From contig OX597814.1 in assembly GCA_951406725.2 (NCBI GenBank), positions 206,026,001 through 206,090,000 of the forward strand: a stretch of 64,000 nt of DNA, written 5' to 3'. The position numbers and the translations under genes are program-made. Shown piece by piece: positions 60,482 through 64,000 of the stretch (position 1 is its first letter; each line of letters begins with the position of its first letter). This stretch comes from Octopus vulgaris. Lineage: Eukaryota. The notes below the pieces were generated by a model. It searched no databases. It worked only from the letters and a program-made list of their open reading frames with translations, and was not told the origin of the DNA.

Positions 60482-60773
60482 ATCTATGATGAGTAAAATT
60501 TCATAAAGTCCATATTTGAAAAAGAGAGACTCTCCTGTGTTGAGGTTACAAATGACAGAATACAAACGGACAACTACTGAGTCTGTTGTCTGATCTTCAA
60601 CTGATTAAATAGATATTAAGTTTTATCCTGATTAAATCTCACTGATTAAATAGATATTAAGTTTTATCCTACAGGAGCAACTGGTTCCACTAATCAAAGT
60701 GAAATGGTTTCATTCAAATGTTGGAATATCCGTTGTTCAATGTTGTATTTTCCAAAAATCAAAGCATGTGTAG

Positions 60774-60815
<42 letters not shown>

Positions 60816-61625
60816 AATACAGTCCATACTTGAAAAAGAGACTTTCTTGTGTTGAATTTACAAATGATAGAATACAAATTGACAACTACTGAGTCTGTTG
60901 TCTGATCTTCAATTGATTTAGTCTAATATCTCACTGATTGACAGTTAAAGTAAATGCTGATTGACGTATTTAAAGTAAATGCAGATATGAACTGCAAGAC
61001 ACAGAACGTTATATACTGCATAATCTGCCCCACGTGCAAGGAGGATTGCATGGGTGAAACTGGTAATTATTTGTGCCAGCGAGCCAGGATTCACCGACAT
61101 GTTCAGCAGGAAGAACTACGCAAGGTACTACTAAGTACACACCTAGCTACGTGTGGAGAAGGAAAATTTAAGATGTTTCCCTTCTACAAATGTCCGAAGA
61201 ACAACACCTCTTTCAGGAGGAATATGGAAAAATATTTCATAGCTAAGTTCTTCCCTAAATTAAATGGCTGAAAATATCTCTATAATAAGCTGTACCAGAT
61301 GAAGGACCAAACTTTCTAAGTAAACTGTATTAAACACACACACACACACAGAGTTCTACACATGTTTTGGATTTTGAAAATACAACATTGAACAAAGACT
61401 ATCCTAATATTTGAATGAAACCATTTCACTTGAATTTGTGGAACCAGTTGCTCCTGCATGATAAAACTTAATATTTATTTAACTGTCAATCAGTGAGATA
61501 TTAGACTTAATCAGTTGAAGAACAGACTCAGTAGTTGTCCGTTTGTATTCTGTCATTTGTAACCTCAATACAGGAGAGTCTCTCTTTTTCAAATATGGAC
61601 TTTATGAAATTTTACTCATCATAGA
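60482..61625 (+). mobile_element. 5'-truncated Penelope-like element: inverted pLTR + GIY-YIG (60954-61271) + pLTR
   Basis: NCKTQNVIYCIICPTCKEDCMGETGN...R..H...H...CG...FPFYK...RRNMEKYFIAKFFPKLN; 60482-60810 is the reverse complement of 61325-61625. Confidence 0.88.
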
Positions 61626-61677
61626 TTGAAGGACAAATCTTTCAATTTACAATTTAATATAGTGGAACATTTAGTAT

Positions 61678-61753
<76 letters not shown>

Positions 61754-61970
61754 TGTGTGTATATATATATATGTGTGTGTGTATATATATATGTGTGTGT
61801 GTATATACATGTGTGTGTGGTGTGTATATATGTGTGTGTGTATATATGTGTGTGTGTGTATATATATATGTGTGTGTATATATATGTGTGTGTGTGTATA
61901 TATATGTGTGTGTGTGTGTATATATATATATGTGTGTGTGTGTGTATGTATATATATGTGTGTGTGTGTG

Positions 61971-62012
<42 letters not shown>

Positions 62013-62022
62013 TGTGTGTGTG

Positions 62023-62063
<41 letters not shown>

Positions 62064-62153
62064 GTGTGTGTGTATATATATGTGTGTGTGTGTGTGTGTA
62101 TATATATATGTGTGTGTGTGTATATATATATATGTGTGTGTGTGTATATATAT
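61678..62153. repeat. (TA)n/(TG)n compound microsatellite
   Basis: Direct reading. Confidence 0.95.
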
Positions 62154-63415
62154 ATTACCTGTTATATACTTTATATTATTTTTGTAATTTACTTAATCTT
62201 TACTTTATAATTGTAATTTTAATTTTAACTTTTCTGATATGCAATTTTCTAGATGGTGTAATTTAATTGTTCATTTTGAATTGATAAAAGGTGGTTTTTT
62301 TCTAATCTTTTATGTATAAGCCTCTGGCTTCGGCCACGATTCGGATGGTGCTTTTTACGTGCCATCGACTGGCTTCCGTGTCGGTGGCACGTAAAAAGCA
62401 CCATCCGAATCGTGGCCGAAGCCAGTGCCGCCTCGACTGGTTTCCGTGCAGGTGGCACGTAAAATGCACCAATCCGACCATGGCCGATGCCAGCCTCACC
62501 TAGCACCAGTGCAGGTGGCACGTAAAAAGCACCCACTACACTTACAGAGTGGTTGGTGTTAGGAAGGGCATCCAGTTGTAGAAACATTGTCAGATAAGAC
62601 CGGAGCCTGGTGCAGCCTTCTGGCTTCCCAGATCCCCGGTCAAACCGTCCAGCCCATGCTAGCATGGAGAACGGACGTTAAACGATGATGATGGTGATAT
62701 ATATATATATATATATATATATAGTGGTATAAATATCAACACAATTTTTCTCTCTTCCCTTCTCCAAACTCACAGACACCCACAAACACACACGCACACA
62801 CACACACACACTTCCACAAAGCAATCATAAAAAGAATTCTTCTTCTCTAAACCCCAAAAAACATTTGACCATCCCTCATTAAACACACACACACTCTCTC
62901 ACAATGATAAAAAGAAATATAATTTATGGTCTACCTTCCCACCACCACACACTCAGTGACACTGTGAAATGGTCAAAACTGAAATTCTTTTTTCCCCAAA
63001 AACAGACCCCAAAAATTATTTTCTTCTTTTTCCCTCTCCCTTCCTCTCTTTTTCTTTAGCACTCATCCCAAATACAAAAACACACACACACACACACACT
63101 AACATACACACATGTTCTCTCTCTCACTTTCTCCTCATCCATCACCCTCTTGTACTGTCTTATATTCCTCCTCACCACTACAAACTCAATACCACTATAA
63201 AATGGTCAAAACTCCTCACACATGAACTTAGTTTGATTTGAAAACCCCACTAGAATGGGAGAAAGCACTAATACATGATCTAAGTTATATGATGTATAAA
63301 ACATGTAATATACAAATAAATATCTGTAAATATAAACCATCCAATTTTCTGAGTACCTCATTTCTTCTAATATATAATACCTGTACATCATCTCCAAACC
63401 TTCCAATATATATAT

Positions 63416-63867
63416 ATATTAATAGTTATCGCCAAGCTAATATGGTAGTCCATAAATATAAGACTAAAGCTGCCGTTGATTAGCTCCAAGAGGCCATCGC
63501 CTCTAGCTAGCTATATGACACACGAACCTGTGTCCATTATAACCTTCAAACAGGGGAGGTCAGCCGCTTCCCCTTGCTGGTCAGACATCTGCAGACATGT
63601 TTCAGGGTATTTGCCCTTTATCAATGCAGAGTAGCCAGACCCAGCAGGCTACTCTGCATTGATAAAGGGCAAATACCCTGAAACATGTCTGCAGATGTCT
63701 GACCAGCAAGGGGAAGCGGCTGACCTCCCCTGTTTGAAGGTTATAATGGACACAGGTTCGTGTGTCATATAGCTAGCTAGAGGCGATGGCCTCTTGGAGC
63801 TAATCAACGGCAGCTTTAGTCTTATATTTATGGACTACCATATTAGCTTGGCGATAACTATTAATAT
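63416..63867. repeat. Apparently perfect palindrome, 221-bp arms, 10-nt loop (agacccagca); ORF-less pLTR-like fold-back extending to ~63920
   Basis: 63416-63636 is the reverse complement of 63647-63867; no mismatch seen by eye. Confidence 0.93.
63653..63695 (+). ncRNA. Minimal type I hammerhead with compensatory U3-A8 core (mirror copy 63588-63630 on -)
   Basis: TCTGCA TTGATAA AGGG-caaata-CCCT GAAAC AT GTC TGCAGA. Confidence 0.8.
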
Positions 63868-63955
63868 CCAGTACCGCTGCCGTAGTCTCCTTTAGAGAGA
63901 CTTAGAAATTTTAATATTTCTATATATATATGTATATATATGTATTTTGTATATG

Positions 63956-64000
<45 letters not shown>

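Larger units (their letters stand above)
59686..63407. repeat. Nested long inverted repeat (outer arms ~59686-60485 / 62245-63407)
   Basis: Identical ORF peptides on opposite strands (59613-59855 - and 63238-63483 +); right arm carries a SINE at 62325-62697. Confidence 0.9.

Overview
AT-rich, microsatellite-dense metazoan DNA whose SINE families look like octopus (coleoid cephalopod), with four 100-N assembly gaps. Host genes: (i) two tandem, single-coding-exon paralogs of an uncharacterised signal-peptide + Cys-ectodomain + ~9-10 TM membrane protein (20469-22679 intact; 36859-39064 split by a 2-nt deletion), and (ii) two minus-strand exons of a PARP14/PARP9-like KH-like + macrodomain gene (54792-56327, 49994-50242). 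The rest is mobile DNA: R4/Dong-type RLE LINEs, RTE and CR1-like LINE fragments, tRNA-type SINEs, non-autonomous Helitrons, a mariner-like MITE and many Penelope-like (GIY-YIG) remnants. The strongest hidden signal is a dense set of minimal type I hammerhead ribozyme motifs (about a dozen, from at least six unrelated sequence families, several with non-canonical cores including a compensatory U3-A8 pair). They sit in Penelope pseudo-LTRs and in ORF-less fold-back palindromes embedded in (TA)n tracts. Most ORF-track entries are microsatellite artefacts. All calls were made by eye; repeat boundaries are approximate.
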